Part shown: one piece after another, positions 16,502-26,156 of the stretch
Layout: every line of letters starts with the position of its first letter
Numbering within the stretch: position 1 is the stretch's first letter
Source: a virus
Virus record (IMG/VR): IMGVR_UViG_3300020401_000001
Coordinates: 5,292-69,291 of that record
Length of the DNA: 64,000 nucleotides
Strand: one strand, 5' to 3'
The notes under the pieces: model-generated
The model's input: the letters and a program-made list of their open reading frames with translations, nothing else
What the model was told of the DNA's origin: nothing
The model's database searches: none
Position numbers and translations under genes: made by a program

Positions 16502-18946
16502 ATGGCAAGGTTATCTCAGTATCCAAAAGACACATCACCAGATAAACTGGACAGCTTTCTAACGCTAGATAGCACTTCAGGAAACACCACAAGATTAGAT
16601 ATTCAAGATATTGCTGGTGTTATTGCGGATAGTGACCTTATAGATACTGCGGATTCTGCCCTATTTCAATATCAAACACCAAACGACCTTAATTACACTG
16701 TAAAACAAGATGGTCTAATTGTTTTAAATCCTGTTGGCACAAACGCCACAAGACTTTTTAGCACAATAACACAGCTTTATGTTTCTAAATCAGGATTTAA
16801 CGGTAAAAATATTAGCACATATCTTTCTGACCTTAACGGGTATCAAATTAAAGTAAGTAAGCTAGGTGATTTAAATGTATTTGGGATATTTGAGGTTACA
16901 CAAGCTGTAGACTACACAGACCACTACATAAGACTGGCTGTAATTTATAGAGATAGAGGAAGTGGTTCTCTAGAATATGGAGCAAAATACTATATAAGTC
17001 ATCACCAAACGTCATTTGACAATGACTTTAGTGATAATTCTGTAACTGAATTTGGAGATGTATCTGATGCAGGCTCAGGTTATATTATAACTGATGGAGA
17101 AAGAGCTAGAGTAAATGAGGTTACTTCTAAAATATTTTATTCTGATATTGTAGATGATTTAACGTCCAATATTGCTAATAAACCTCTTTCTGCAAATCAA
17201 GGTCTTGTATTAAAGCAGTTTATTGATAACATAAACACATTATTGACATCAGATAATGTAGACTTAAACTCACTACAAGAGGTAGTTGATTTTATAGAAG
17301 CTAATAAAACAATATTAGACACCTTAACCATTAGTAATATTGCTGGATTGCAAACTGCTTTAGATAGTAAAGTGGATAAGGTTGCTGGAAAACAACTGTC
17401 AGAAAATGATTTTACAAGCGCACTGCTTGCAAAGTTGAACGGAATAGCGTTAGGAGCAGAAGTAAATGTTCAGTCTAATTATACTGAAACTGACCCAGCT
17501 AATGATAGTTTTATATTAAACAAGCCTTCAGATGTAACAGACCTTTCCATACATTCTGTTACAGAGCTAAATGATATATCATCAACAGGTTCTGGTGCTA
17601 TTATAACAGATGGAGAAAGAGGGTCTATAAACGGTTTAGTTAACACAACTAGCTCAAGCACGACTGTTCAAACTAATGACTTATTAAAAATAGGAACTAT
17701 TGCTGAGTTTGTAAGCTCACAACCAGTAGAGCCATCTAATAATAATGCTATATATTATACGACTGAAGATGGTCATGATGTTTTACAATTTAAAAATCAT
17801 GGTCACAGAATAAGCATGGATTCTATTGTGAGCAACCTTTCTTCAGGTCTTTTATCTGGAGGAGGTATATCTAGCTCAAGTGCTACAGAATTTACTGTTG
17901 CAGCAGGTCATGGTGTAATTCTTGACATGAATAAAGAACAAGCATCAGTAGACCCACATCCTGAACTTAAAAATATAGCATGGTCAGCGTATACGGCTAC
18001 CGTAAGTGGTTTAGATGTAAATGACACAAACGATAAACAAACTTGGATATATGTTGACGAGACTGGTACAGTACAACAACAAAACACACCATTCACTGAC
18101 GCACAATACAATAATACAATTCCTTTAGGTGCAGTAATTCATAGAGCTGGTAATGTTAGATTTGGGAAGTCTTTCCCAAGAACAGCTTATGGTCAACAAA
18201 ATCAATTTGCAGAATTTGCAAGAATATTCGGTCCTCTCAAAAAGAGTGGTCACGAATTGTCTGGAGTTGCAGGTACATTACAAATAGCGAGAAGCCAAGG
18301 TGTTTCTTTTGCATTTGGAAGAAACTACGCAACAGACCCAAACAATCCATCTTTTGTTACAGATAGCGGACAAACACCAGCGTTAATACATAGGTATTAT
18401 CAAGATGGTTCAGGTGGATTTATAAAAGACACTAACAGTGGTTCAGGCTATACTACTTTAGATATAGACAAATATGATGATGGTTCTGGAACACTTGCTA
18501 CATTAAGTAACAACAAATTCTCAACACAAAGAGTTTATTACTTCCCAAACAATCCTACAAGTATTATTGTTTACTACGGAAGGCAAGAATTTGATACATT
18601 AGATGCTGCTAACACAAGCATACAAGCAGAGCCGTTTACAGAAGCAAAAAATACAGCAAATCAAGCTATATTTTTAGGATATGTAATTGCGGAAAAAGGA
18701 GCTACAGATTTAACTAGCACAACAAACGTTAGAATACTTAATGCTGGCATTTTTAGAAGCGTAGCATTTAGCTCTACAGGAGCAGCAGCTTCTGCGGCAA
18801 ATTTAGCAGATTTGGCAGACACAACAATACAGTCACCTGCTAATGGACAATTATTAGAATACAGTTCAACAACACAAACTTGGAATAACATAACACCAAA
18901 CTTTAATCAGAATGCTATGGCAATGGCTGTGGCGTTAGGGGGATAA
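16502..18946 (+). CDS. tail fibre-like structural protein
   Basis: 814 aa; KVDKVAGKQLSENDFT..KL.GI..GAEVNVQ fibre-type segment; internal repeat SVTE..D....GSG.IITDGER; ends MAMAVALGG. Confidence 0.65.
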   Translation: MARLSQYPKDTSPDKLDSFLTLDSTSGNTTRLDIQDIAGVIADSDLIDTADSALFQYQTPNDLNYTVKQDGLIVLNPVGTNATRLFSTITQLYVSKSGFNGKNISTYLSDLNGYQIKVSKLGDLNVFGIFEVTQAVDYTDHYIRLAVIYRDRGSGSLEYGAKYYISHHQTSFDNDFSDNSVTEFGDVSDAGSGYIITDGERARVNEVTSKIFYSDIVDDLTSNIANKPLSANQGLVLKQFIDNINTLLTSDNVDLNSLQEVVDFIEANKTILDTLTISNIAGLQTALDSKVDKVAGKQLSENDFTSALLAKLNGIALGAEVNVQSNYTETDPANDSFILNKPSDVTDLSIHSVTELNDISSTGSGAIITDGERGSINGLVNTTSSSTTVQTNDLLKIGTIAEFVSSQPVEPSNNNAIYYTTEDGHDVLQFKNHGHRISMDSIVSNLSSGLLSGGGISSSSATEFTVAAGHGVILDMNKEQASVDPHPELKNIAWSAYTATVSGLDVNDTNDKQTWIYVDETGTVQQQNTPFTDAQYNNTIPLGAVIHRAGNVRFGKSFPRTAYGQQNQFAEFARIFGPLKKSGHELSGVAGTLQIARSQGVSFAFGRNYATDPNNPSFVTDSGQTPALIHRYYQDGSGGFIKDTNSGSGYTTLDIDKYDDGSGTLATLSNNKFSTQRVYYFPNNPTSIIVYYGRQEFDTLDAANTSIQAEPFTEAKNTANQAIFLGYVIAEKGATDLTSTTNVRILNAGIFRSVAFSSTGAAASAANLADLADTTIQSPANGQLLEYSSTTQTWNNITPNFNQNAMAMAVALGG

Positions 18947-18962
18947 ATAAAAACAATAAAAA

Positions 18963-21900
18963 ATGGCAAAGACGCTCTTACATTCATCGAAATATACTGT
19001 TGACAAAGCAACAAACTCTATACAGTATAAAGGTAACATTGGATTAGAAAGAATACTTCTTATAACAAACGTTACCGCAAATAAAGTTGTATATCAATTT
19101 AACGACCCTTTACTAGGAGGGGAAGTCTTCTATCTTAATCAAGATGACGAAAGTACATTACAATTAACTAAAGATTTAAGTACAGATGCTGACATCAACA
19201 CTACCGATGTTTACCAATTTTTCTACGATGCTAATGAAGTTCACTTCTCCCCCGATGAGAGCTTGTTAGACCCAGTAAGTAAGCTAAGAGTGTCAAACCC
19301 TGAAAACTTAGTTGATACAGATTTTGAATATGGATTGCAGTCAACTAAATGGGAAACTATACAAACAGTTAATAATATCCCAACTGTTTATTCTAGTTCT
19401 GGTGATTCACCGCTAGAAGGTGTTTTATCTGTACAAGCTATTGATGGCTCAAAACAAGTTAAAGTTGAATGTAACACCCCTCACAACCTTAATATCGGAG
19501 ACCCTGTTTCAGTACAAGGTGTTATTGATTATCAAGCAGAAGGTTATTTTGTAGTATCAGGAGTTGCTGATGCCTTAACATTTTTCTTTGAAATAGATGT
19601 TGTTGCGTCAACTACAGGTGATATATCTGGTTCATATACTTCTATTGTTCCAGCTAAATTTTTTGAAGGTGCTCCTTTAAACATAAACACATCTTCTGGG
19701 GCAAAAACAGATGAAAAGTCTCCTAGTAAAATAGAGGTCACAACAGATGCTACACATGGATTTACTGCGGGAACAAAGTTGTATTTAAGAAATACAATAG
19801 GACCAAAAAAATTAGTTATAACTGACCCAACCGCAACAGCTCCTGACGGGAGACCTTTTGTGGATACAGATGCGTTTTTCACAATAGATAATGTAATAGA
19901 CTCTACCGTTAGCTCAGGTAGACCTAGTTTTCAAGAAAAACCAGTTATTGCTTATGATTGGGAAAGTACACACACTTCATATTTAGAAACTGCTGCTGTA
20001 GACACTGCAAACAACAGAATTACGTGGACAGGGCATCAAATGCAAAGTAAATTTGCTGTTATATTTAACACGCCGAGATATGGAGATTCTAATTTAAATA
20101 CTGTAGATGGTACAGTTTTCTTTGTAAAAAGAATTGACGATGATACAATAGAGTTATACACTGATGAAGCTCTTACAACACAACACACTTTTTCAACTTA
20201 CACTACAGATTATGGAAAATGTAAGTTAGGATTAGTTTACTTAATGACTAGGGTTGATGGATATTATACTTTTGATGCTTACACAAGATATTATACAGAG
20301 TCAATCTTTACAGCTACTACGCCATATCTACAAACTCCTTTAAGATACTACGGAGCATACTATGATTATTTAAGAGTAGATGACCAGTTAGGTTTTGTGC
20401 CTGACGAGCTAAATGTATTTAATATACAGTTATATGGACAAGGTATTTATTATTACTATTATTATGTTTATCTAAGATTTGATAACGGAAATGCTTATAA
20501 TGCATTGTACTATAGATGGTCAAGCAACTACTCTTGGGTTAGTGCAGGTGTTCCAAATCAAACATTAAGAGCTGCTAATGGTGAAATTTATACTGATGGT
20601 ACAGGTCATTACATTAGACTGTATCACTATTTAGGAAGTGGTTACGGTTATCACTACGTAAGAATGCAAGCTACAGGAACATCACAAACAAATCCTGGTA
20701 ACGAATTTTCTGGTTCAGATTTAATAAGCCAAACTTATGGTCTTGGAACAACGGAGCCAGACTTAATATTTGTGGCAAACACTCAGACACCTATTTTAAC
20801 TGCGAACCCTAGCTACCCTTACCAAGGTGACGGTATTTCTGACTCTTACGACCAAATCTATTCAAGGTTTGCGACTGTACATAACAGGAACACAGCCTAC
20901 ATGCCATCATCTTCATATTATCAGCCATCGCAAAATGGTGCGTTTCAAGTTGAGTCTTACGGCTTCGGAATGGGTGGAGGATATAATAATGAGTCAACTC
21001 CACAAGTGTTTTACGGTTTTGGTAGAAATTTAACAAGCGACAAAAACACTTTCTACAAATCAAATCACGGGATTCCAAATCAACAAGAGGCGACAGTTAC
21101 TGTGCAAAACTATGACTCAGTTACACAAACATTTAAAGTTCAAGATTATACCGACCAAATTGTTATGCCGCAGCAATTTGATGTACAGATAAATGTAGTG
21201 AATGATAACGTCTTTAGAATGGAGCTGCTAAACTTTCAGCACCCTCAGTATGGATACAGTGTTATTACAGACGATTACATTACTTTCCCAGATGACTTTA
21301 CTGTTACGTATAGAAGAGATAATGAGCTATACAACACTGTATATATAAACAATCACAAAATTACATCCACTTCAGAAGCAACATATTTAACTGAAGGTAT
21401 GAATGAAGCCAATCCAGAAATTTATGCTGTTACAGAAGAAACATCAGCATGGGGATTGTCTGGTACAAGGTTAGGGCGTGACGAAACAAACCCTGATTTG
21501 ATTTTATATAGAGGAGAAACATATAACTTTAATATAGATGCAGCAGCTACTGATAACTTTTATCTAACAACAGCTGACCCATCAGTAACTTGGTCAAGCG
21601 GCGGTTATGATAGTGAATATACAACTGGAGTTACAGGAAGCCGTGCTACTGGAAGTGGCACCTTAGCTATAACTGTAGACGCCACTGCACCTAATACTCT
21701 TTACTATGCTTCTGGTAGTGTACAAACAAGAGCAGGAAGTATAACTGTAAGAGATGTAGGTACACCAATAGGGGGTACTACAAACGCTACTGATTATAAC
21801 TTAAATAGAGTAAATGACTCTAGACTTTCTTTGCAAGAGACATCTAACACGGTTGCTTCTGCAACGACATCAGATTTCGGAGCAACGAACTCTAATCCTG

Positions 21901-24794
21901 GAACCACATCAATAAACGCATGGACACCACTAGGTATAACTCCTACAAACGTTACTATAACAGGCGTTGAGTATAGAGGGGATTTTTCTTCAAGGAACGA
22001 ATATGTAGTTATTACGTTTGACGATGGAGACTCGTACTTTATTGGGCAGCAAAACGGACAGGACACTTCTAACTGGAGAGAAGAGCAGTTCTTCGGAACT
22101 AAAAACATAACAGCTCTTGTAGATGGTTCAGGTAATTTTAATGTTGCTTATGCGCCTACGTCTCAAATAAATTATGCTCCATCAGGAATGAGTAATTATT
22201 GGGAGATTAGATTTATTGTTACTGGAGGTACTGGAGTAGTTACTTTGTCTTCTGGAGGAACTGGAGAACAGGTTTTAAATGTTGCTAGTTTAAAGGGAGC
22301 TTATGATGGAGTTTTCGAAATGGTAGAAACTTCTGCACAAAACACTTTTAAAGTACAGACTGACTTTGAAATACCAGCTAGAGAGTACGCATTCACCAAT
22401 ACAGATTGTGATTTCTCTAATCACACAATAACCTTTACAGACCCTCACAATTTTGTTACAGGGGAGCAGTTAATATATGACAACGGTGGCAATGGAGATA
22501 TGATTTCTTATGACACATCTAACGACAACGTTACTGTATATGCTGTTGTAATAGACGCTACTGTTGTAAAAATATCAACAAGTGAATTAGGTGCGGTAGA
22601 CGGAGTTACCACTACGCTAATAACGCAGGCAGGAACTCATAAGTTAATATCTACAAGTGTCATGAAAGGTGTTCCAGGACCTGGAACTGTTACAGTGCAA
22701 CAAGGTAAAAAGGAAGTTGTTGGAAGTGGTACTAACTTTTTAACTCAATTTAAGAAGTTCGACAAAGTATTTATAACACAATCAGACTACACTAAACTTT
22801 ACACTGTAGATAAAGTTACAGAAAACGAAAAACTATTTGTCTTTGAAGACTTTACAGCGAGTGGTACTGCTACTTCTTATTTCTTTATAACAGAAATGGT
22901 TTTAAGACCTGATGGATATGGGTTACACTTACCTTTTGATGGTGGTGTAAATATTACAGCGGGAACATCTCCTGATAGTAAAATTGTAAGACAGTCTAGA
23001 AAGTATTTCCGTTATCAATCTGGTAAGGGTATACAAAACTCTTTTGCTATAAACTTTAATCCTCCTAAAATTGTAAGGGACTTGATAAAGTCAACAGGAA
23101 CCACTGCTGCAATTAACACACAAGAAGCTCACAACCTAAGAGTTGGAGACACAATAGTTATTGAGGGTGCTGAAGTTTCTATCGGAACTAACACTTTTAA
23201 TGGAGAGTTTGCAGTTACAGCAGTCAACAGTCCGTTCCAATTCACATACACTATGCTGGATACTCCAACTCAAGCTAAAGCAGCTGGGTTCCCAACCTAT
23301 CACAGAAAAAATTGGACAGACTCTTATATAAGAGCAGGAATGTTTGATGACCAAAATGGATTTTTCTATGAGTACGATGGTCAGGCATTATATGCTGTAA
23401 GGCGTTCTTCCACAAAACAAATTGCTGGAACTGTCAACGTTAAAAGACAATCACAAATTGTTACAGGAAACGATACTTCATTTGTAACACAACTAAATGT
23501 AGGCAACTACGTTGTTATTAGAGGACAGAGTTATAGAATTGTAGCGATAAATTCTGACGCAAACTTTACTATACAGCCAGCTTATAGAGGTGTAGATGCT
23601 ACTAGAGTAAAAACTACAGTAACCATAGACACAAGAGTTCCTCAAACTGAATGGAACATTGACAAATGTGACGGAACAGGACTGCATGGTTATTACCTAG
23701 ACATCAACAGAATACAAATGGCATACGCTGACTACTCTTGGTATGGTGCTGGTAAAATACGTTTCGGATTTAAAGACCAGAATGGACACGTAAAATATGT
23801 ACACGAGTTTAAACATAACAATATCCTTAACGAATCTTATTTCCGTTCAGGTAACTTACCAGGTAGGTATGAAATCTTAAATGGTTCAAACGCATCAACT
23901 GCACCTACTTTGTTCCACTTTGGTACATCAATCATCATGGACGGTACGTTCGATAATGACAAAGCGTATTTATTCACGGCTAACTCTAAACCGTTTGCAT
24001 TTACAAATGGACAGAGTTTTACATTTAATTCAACAGACCAATCTTCATTCCAGCAAATAACTTTAAATGGAAATAGAGTTTGGGTGTATGCGTTCGAGTG
24101 TAGTCAGTCTAATGCAGAAACTGTTTCTACTGGACTTTTAGTTACTGAAAGCACTAATCTGCCTTCTGACACTTATGTAACACAGGTGCAAATTGCTGGA
24201 GCAAATTCTAAAATATTCACATCATATCCAGCAACCTCAACGCTACCTCCAACAAGTATATATCCAACTATAGCGACTTCGACTACATTTACTTTTGGTG
24301 AAACAGACGGTGTTGATTTAACTAGACCAATTCCATTAATATCTGCTAGACTTGCTCCATCTGTAGATTCATCACTTACAGGCGTTGTTGGAGAAAGAGA
24401 AATTATTAATAGAATGCAGCTTCAATTAAAACAAGCTGGTGTAACTGCGAATCAAGATATAGAAGTATTCTTAATCTTGAATCCTCAACCTTCTAATATG
24501 GACTTTACTAAAGTAGCATCTCCATCGTTGTCAGAGCTTATTGAGCATGACTCAGGAGATACACTAGAGGGAGGAACCGTAGTATATGCGTTGAAGGTTT
24601 CTACAGGTTCAACCGAAATTGATTTAAGTGAGCTGCTAGAACTAGGAAATTCAATCCTTGGTGGAGACAGTATATTCCCAGCAGGTCCAGACTTGCTGAC
24701 TGTTGCTGTTCAACCACAGAACTCTTCGGGTATTGACCAAAATACACCGTTTAGAGTTTCAGGGAAGCTTTCCTGGTCTGAATCACAAGCTTAA
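18963..24794 (+). CDS. large virion structural protein (beta-rich, fibre/appendage-like)
   Basis: 1943 aa, Thr/Gly/Ser-rich; recurring H.l..Gd-type beta repeats (HNLNIGD, HGFTAGT, HNFVTGE, HNLRVGD); DPVSKLRVSNPENLVDTDFEYG; YSWYGAG.IRFG. Confidence 0.7.
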   Translation: MAKTLLHSSKYTVDKATNSIQYKGNIGLERILLITNVTANKVVYQFNDPLLGGEVFYLNQDDESTLQLTKDLSTDADINTTDVYQFFYDANEVHFSPDESLLDPVSKLRVSNPENLVDTDFEYGLQSTKWETIQTVNNIPTVYSSSGDSPLEGVLSVQAIDGSKQVKVECNTPHNLNIGDPVSVQGVIDYQAEGYFVVSGVADALTFFFEIDVVASTTGDISGSYTSIVPAKFFEGAPLNINTSSGAKTDEKSPSKIEVTTDATHGFTAGTKLYLRNTIGPKKLVITDPTATAPDGRPFVDTDAFFTIDNVIDSTVSSGRPSFQEKPVIAYDWESTHTSYLETAAVDTANNRITWTGHQMQSKFAVIFNTPRYGDSNLNTVDGTVFFVKRIDDDTIELYTDEALTTQHTFSTYTTDYGKCKLGLVYLMTRVDGYYTFDAYTRYYTESIFTATTPYLQTPLRYYGAYYDYLRVDDQLGFVPDELNVFNIQLYGQGIYYYYYYVYLRFDNGNAYNALYYRWSSNYSWVSAGVPNQTLRAANGEIYTDGTGHYIRLYHYLGSGYGYHYVRMQATGTSQTNPGNEFSGSDLISQTYGLGTTEPDLIFVANTQTPILTANPSYPYQGDGISDSYDQIYSRFATVHNRNTAYMPSSSYYQPSQNGAFQVESYGFGMGGGYNNESTPQVFYGFGRNLTSDKNTFYKSNHGIPNQQEATVTVQNYDSVTQTFKVQDYTDQIVMPQQFDVQINVVNDNVFRMELLNFQHPQYGYSVITDDYITFPDDFTVTYRRDNELYNTVYINNHKITSTSEATYLTEGMNEANPEIYAVTEETSAWGLSGTRLGRDETNPDLILYRGETYNFNIDAAATDNFYLTTADPSVTWSSGGYDSEYTTGVTGSRATGSGTLAITVDATAPNTLYYASGSVQTRAGSITVRDVGTPIGGTTNATDYNLNRVNDSRLSLQETSNTVASATTSDFGATNSNPGTTSINAWTPLGITPTNVTITGVEYRGDFSSRNEYVVITFDDGDSYFIGQQNGQDTSNWREEQFFGTKNITALVDGSGNFNVAYAPTSQINYAPSGMSNYWEIRFIVTGGTGVVTLSSGGTGEQVLNVASLKGAYDGVFEMVETSAQNTFKVQTDFEIPAREYAFTNTDCDFSNHTITFTDPHNFVTGEQLIYDNGGNGDMISYDTSNDNVTVYAVVIDATVVKISTSELGAVDGVTTTLITQAGTHKLISTSVMKGVPGPGTVTVQQGKKEVVGSGTNFLTQFKKFDKVFITQSDYTKLYTVDKVTENEKLFVFEDFTASGTATSYFFITEMVLRPDGYGLHLPFDGGVNITAGTSPDSKIVRQSRKYFRYQSGKGIQNSFAINFNPPKIVRDLIKSTGTTAAINTQEAHNLRVGDTIVIEGAEVSIGTNTFNGEFAVTAVNSPFQFTYTMLDTPTQAKAAGFPTYHRKNWTDSYIRAGMFDDQNGFFYEYDGQALYAVRRSSTKQIAGTVNVKRQSQIVTGNDTSFVTQLNVGNYVVIRGQSYRIVAINSDANFTIQPAYRGVDATRVKTTVTIDTRVPQTEWNIDKCDGTGLHGYYLDINRIQMAYADYSWYGAGKIRFGFKDQNGHVKYVHEFKHNNILNESYFRSGNLPGRYEILNGSNASTAPTLFHFGTSIIMDGTFDNDKAYLFTANSKPFAFTNGQSFTFNSTDQSSFQQITLNGNRVWVYAFECSQSNAETVSTGLLVTESTNLPSDTYVTQVQIAGANSKIFTSYPATSTLPPTSIYPTIATSTTFTFGETDGVDLTRPIPLISARLAPSVDSSLTGVVGEREIINRMQLQLKQAGVTANQDIEVFLILNPQPSNMDFTKVASPSLSELIEHDSGDTLEGGTVVYALKVSTGSTEIDLSELLELGNSILGGDSIFPAGPDLLTVAVQPQNSSGIDQNTPFRVSGKLSWSESQA

Positions 24795-24795
24795 T

Positions 24796-25017
24796 ATGAA
24801 TTTAATAAGAAAGATAGCTGTTGGTCCCGACTATAAGAATGCAATGCATTATGAGGTCGGGCAAAACGTTATAAAAGGAAAATACAGAATACACTCTATA
24901 GAAGAGCAAAGCGAAGGTTATATTGTGCGTATAGTGCAGGATAATGTTGTTGTTGACTGGAAAAAAGTTAACTTGCAGATGCCAGTACATATAGAGTACA
25001 ATATAATATATGATTAA
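24796..25017 (+). CDS. hypothetical protein
   Basis: ORF 24703..25017; likelier start MNLIRKIAVGPDYKNAMHYEVGQ directly after the upstream stop. Confidence 0.65.
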   Translation: MNLIRKIAVGPDYKNAMHYEVGQNVIKGKYRIHSIEEQSEGYIVRIVQDNVVVDWKKVNLQMPVHIEYNIIYD

Positions 25018-25555
25018 GTCTATAAAACATTATATAGTAGAGCCAATCGGCGGAGAATACGTTAATGAAAAAGATGGCATTATTGTTAATGCTGGTATTG
25101 AAAATCATAAATATGTAAATAGACTAGGTAAAGTTATTAGTAAACCAGAATTTGATAAAAGTGATTTGATGGTGGGCGATACATGTGTTGTCCACCATAA
25201 TTGTTTTAGAACTTATTATGGAATGAAAGGTGAAGAAAAAAAATCTTCTGAATATTTTAGAGAAAACACTTACTTAATACCTTTAGAAAAAATATATCTT
25301 TATAAGAGAAATGAATATTGGAAACCGATACATGATTATTGTTTTGTCAAACCTGTTGATTTTGTACAGGACACTGACATCTATGTTCCAAAAAAAGAAG
25401 AGGAACATGTGGGAATTGTAATGTATAGCAATTCTAATGAATTTAAAAAAGGTGATAAAGTTGCATTTAAAAAAAATAGAGAATACGAATTTGAAATAAA
25501 TGACGAAAAACTTTATAGGATGAAAAATAAAGATATTGTAATAAAATTTAATTGA
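25010..25555 (+). CDS. tandem GroES-like domain protein
   Basis: Two repeats of the pattern (IV.P ... G.V ... GD.V): GKVISKP..VGDTCVV and FVKPV...GIVMY..KGDKVAF...LYRMKNKDI. Confidence 0.6.
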   Translation: MIKSIKHYIVEPIGGEYVNEKDGIIVNAGIENHKYVNRLGKVISKPEFDKSDLMVGDTCVVHHNCFRTYYGMKGEEKKSSEYFRENTYLIPLEKIYLYKRNEYWKPIHDYCFVKPVDFVQDTDIYVPKKEEEHVGIVMYSNSNEFKKGDKVAFKKNREYEFEINDEKLYRMKNKDIVIKFN

Positions 25556-25556
25556 G

Positions 25557-25790
25557 ATGGCAAAAGAAGCTGTAAGCATTAAGTCGAATGGACTTAGAAA
25601 TGAATTGAAGGAGATACGTAAAAGTATCGACAAACTTACTAACGCTATTATAGCACAAACACACAAACCCGATGAAAGGAATTTATATTTTAGCTGCGAC
25701 CCTAATGATGATGGGGGGATGTGGCGTACAAACACAACATGCGAATGCGAGTGCTGCTCAGATGAAAATGATGAACACAGAGAAGTTTAA
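25557..25790 (+). CDS. hypothetical protein
   Basis: 77 aa, N-terminal coiled coil. Confidence 0.5.
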   Translation: MAKEAVSIKSNGLRNELKEIRKSIDKLTNAIIAQTHKPDERNLYFSCDPNDDGGMWRTNTTCECECCSDENDEHREV

Positions 25791-25899
25791 AGAGCTTACA
25801 AAAGATGTAGACAGGAATAATCCGCACGAAGTTAAGTTAGCACAAGCATTATGGACAGAAATGAGAAAGAAGCAATCGAAGATAAAATTAGAAGAGTAA
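25672..25899 (+). CDS. possible small lipoprotein overlapping both neighbours
   Basis: MKGIYILAATLMMMGG-C signal-like N-terminus. Confidence 0.4.
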   Translation: MKGIYILAATLMMMGGCGVQTQHANASAAQMKMMNTEKFKELTKDVDRNNPHEVKLAQALWTEMRKKQSKIKLEE

Positions 25900-26156
25900 T
25901 ATCAGCTGGTGAAAAAGCTGTAGACGAACTAATTAAGGTTGCTGAAGAAAAAATAATAACAGGAGATAAAGATGATGATTTAGCGGCAGACAGATTAAAA
26001 AATGCAGCTGCCACTAAAAGATTAGCTATAGAGGATGCTTTTGTTATATTGAATCGTATAGAAAACGAAAGAGAAAAGCTAGATGGCGAAGAAAAAGACG
26101 ACAAAAAAGATAAAGGATTCCAAAGTTTTGCAGAGTCAAGAGGAAGGAAATCTTAA
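25851..26156 (+). CDS. probable terminase small subunit
   Basis: Helical ~100-aa protein directly upstream of and overlapping the large terminase; function inferred from position. Confidence 0.5.
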   Translation: MDRNEKEAIEDKIRRVISAGEKAVDELIKVAEEKIITGDKDDDLAADRLKNAAATKRLAIEDAFVILNRIENEREKLDGEEKDDKKDKGFQSFAESRGRKS

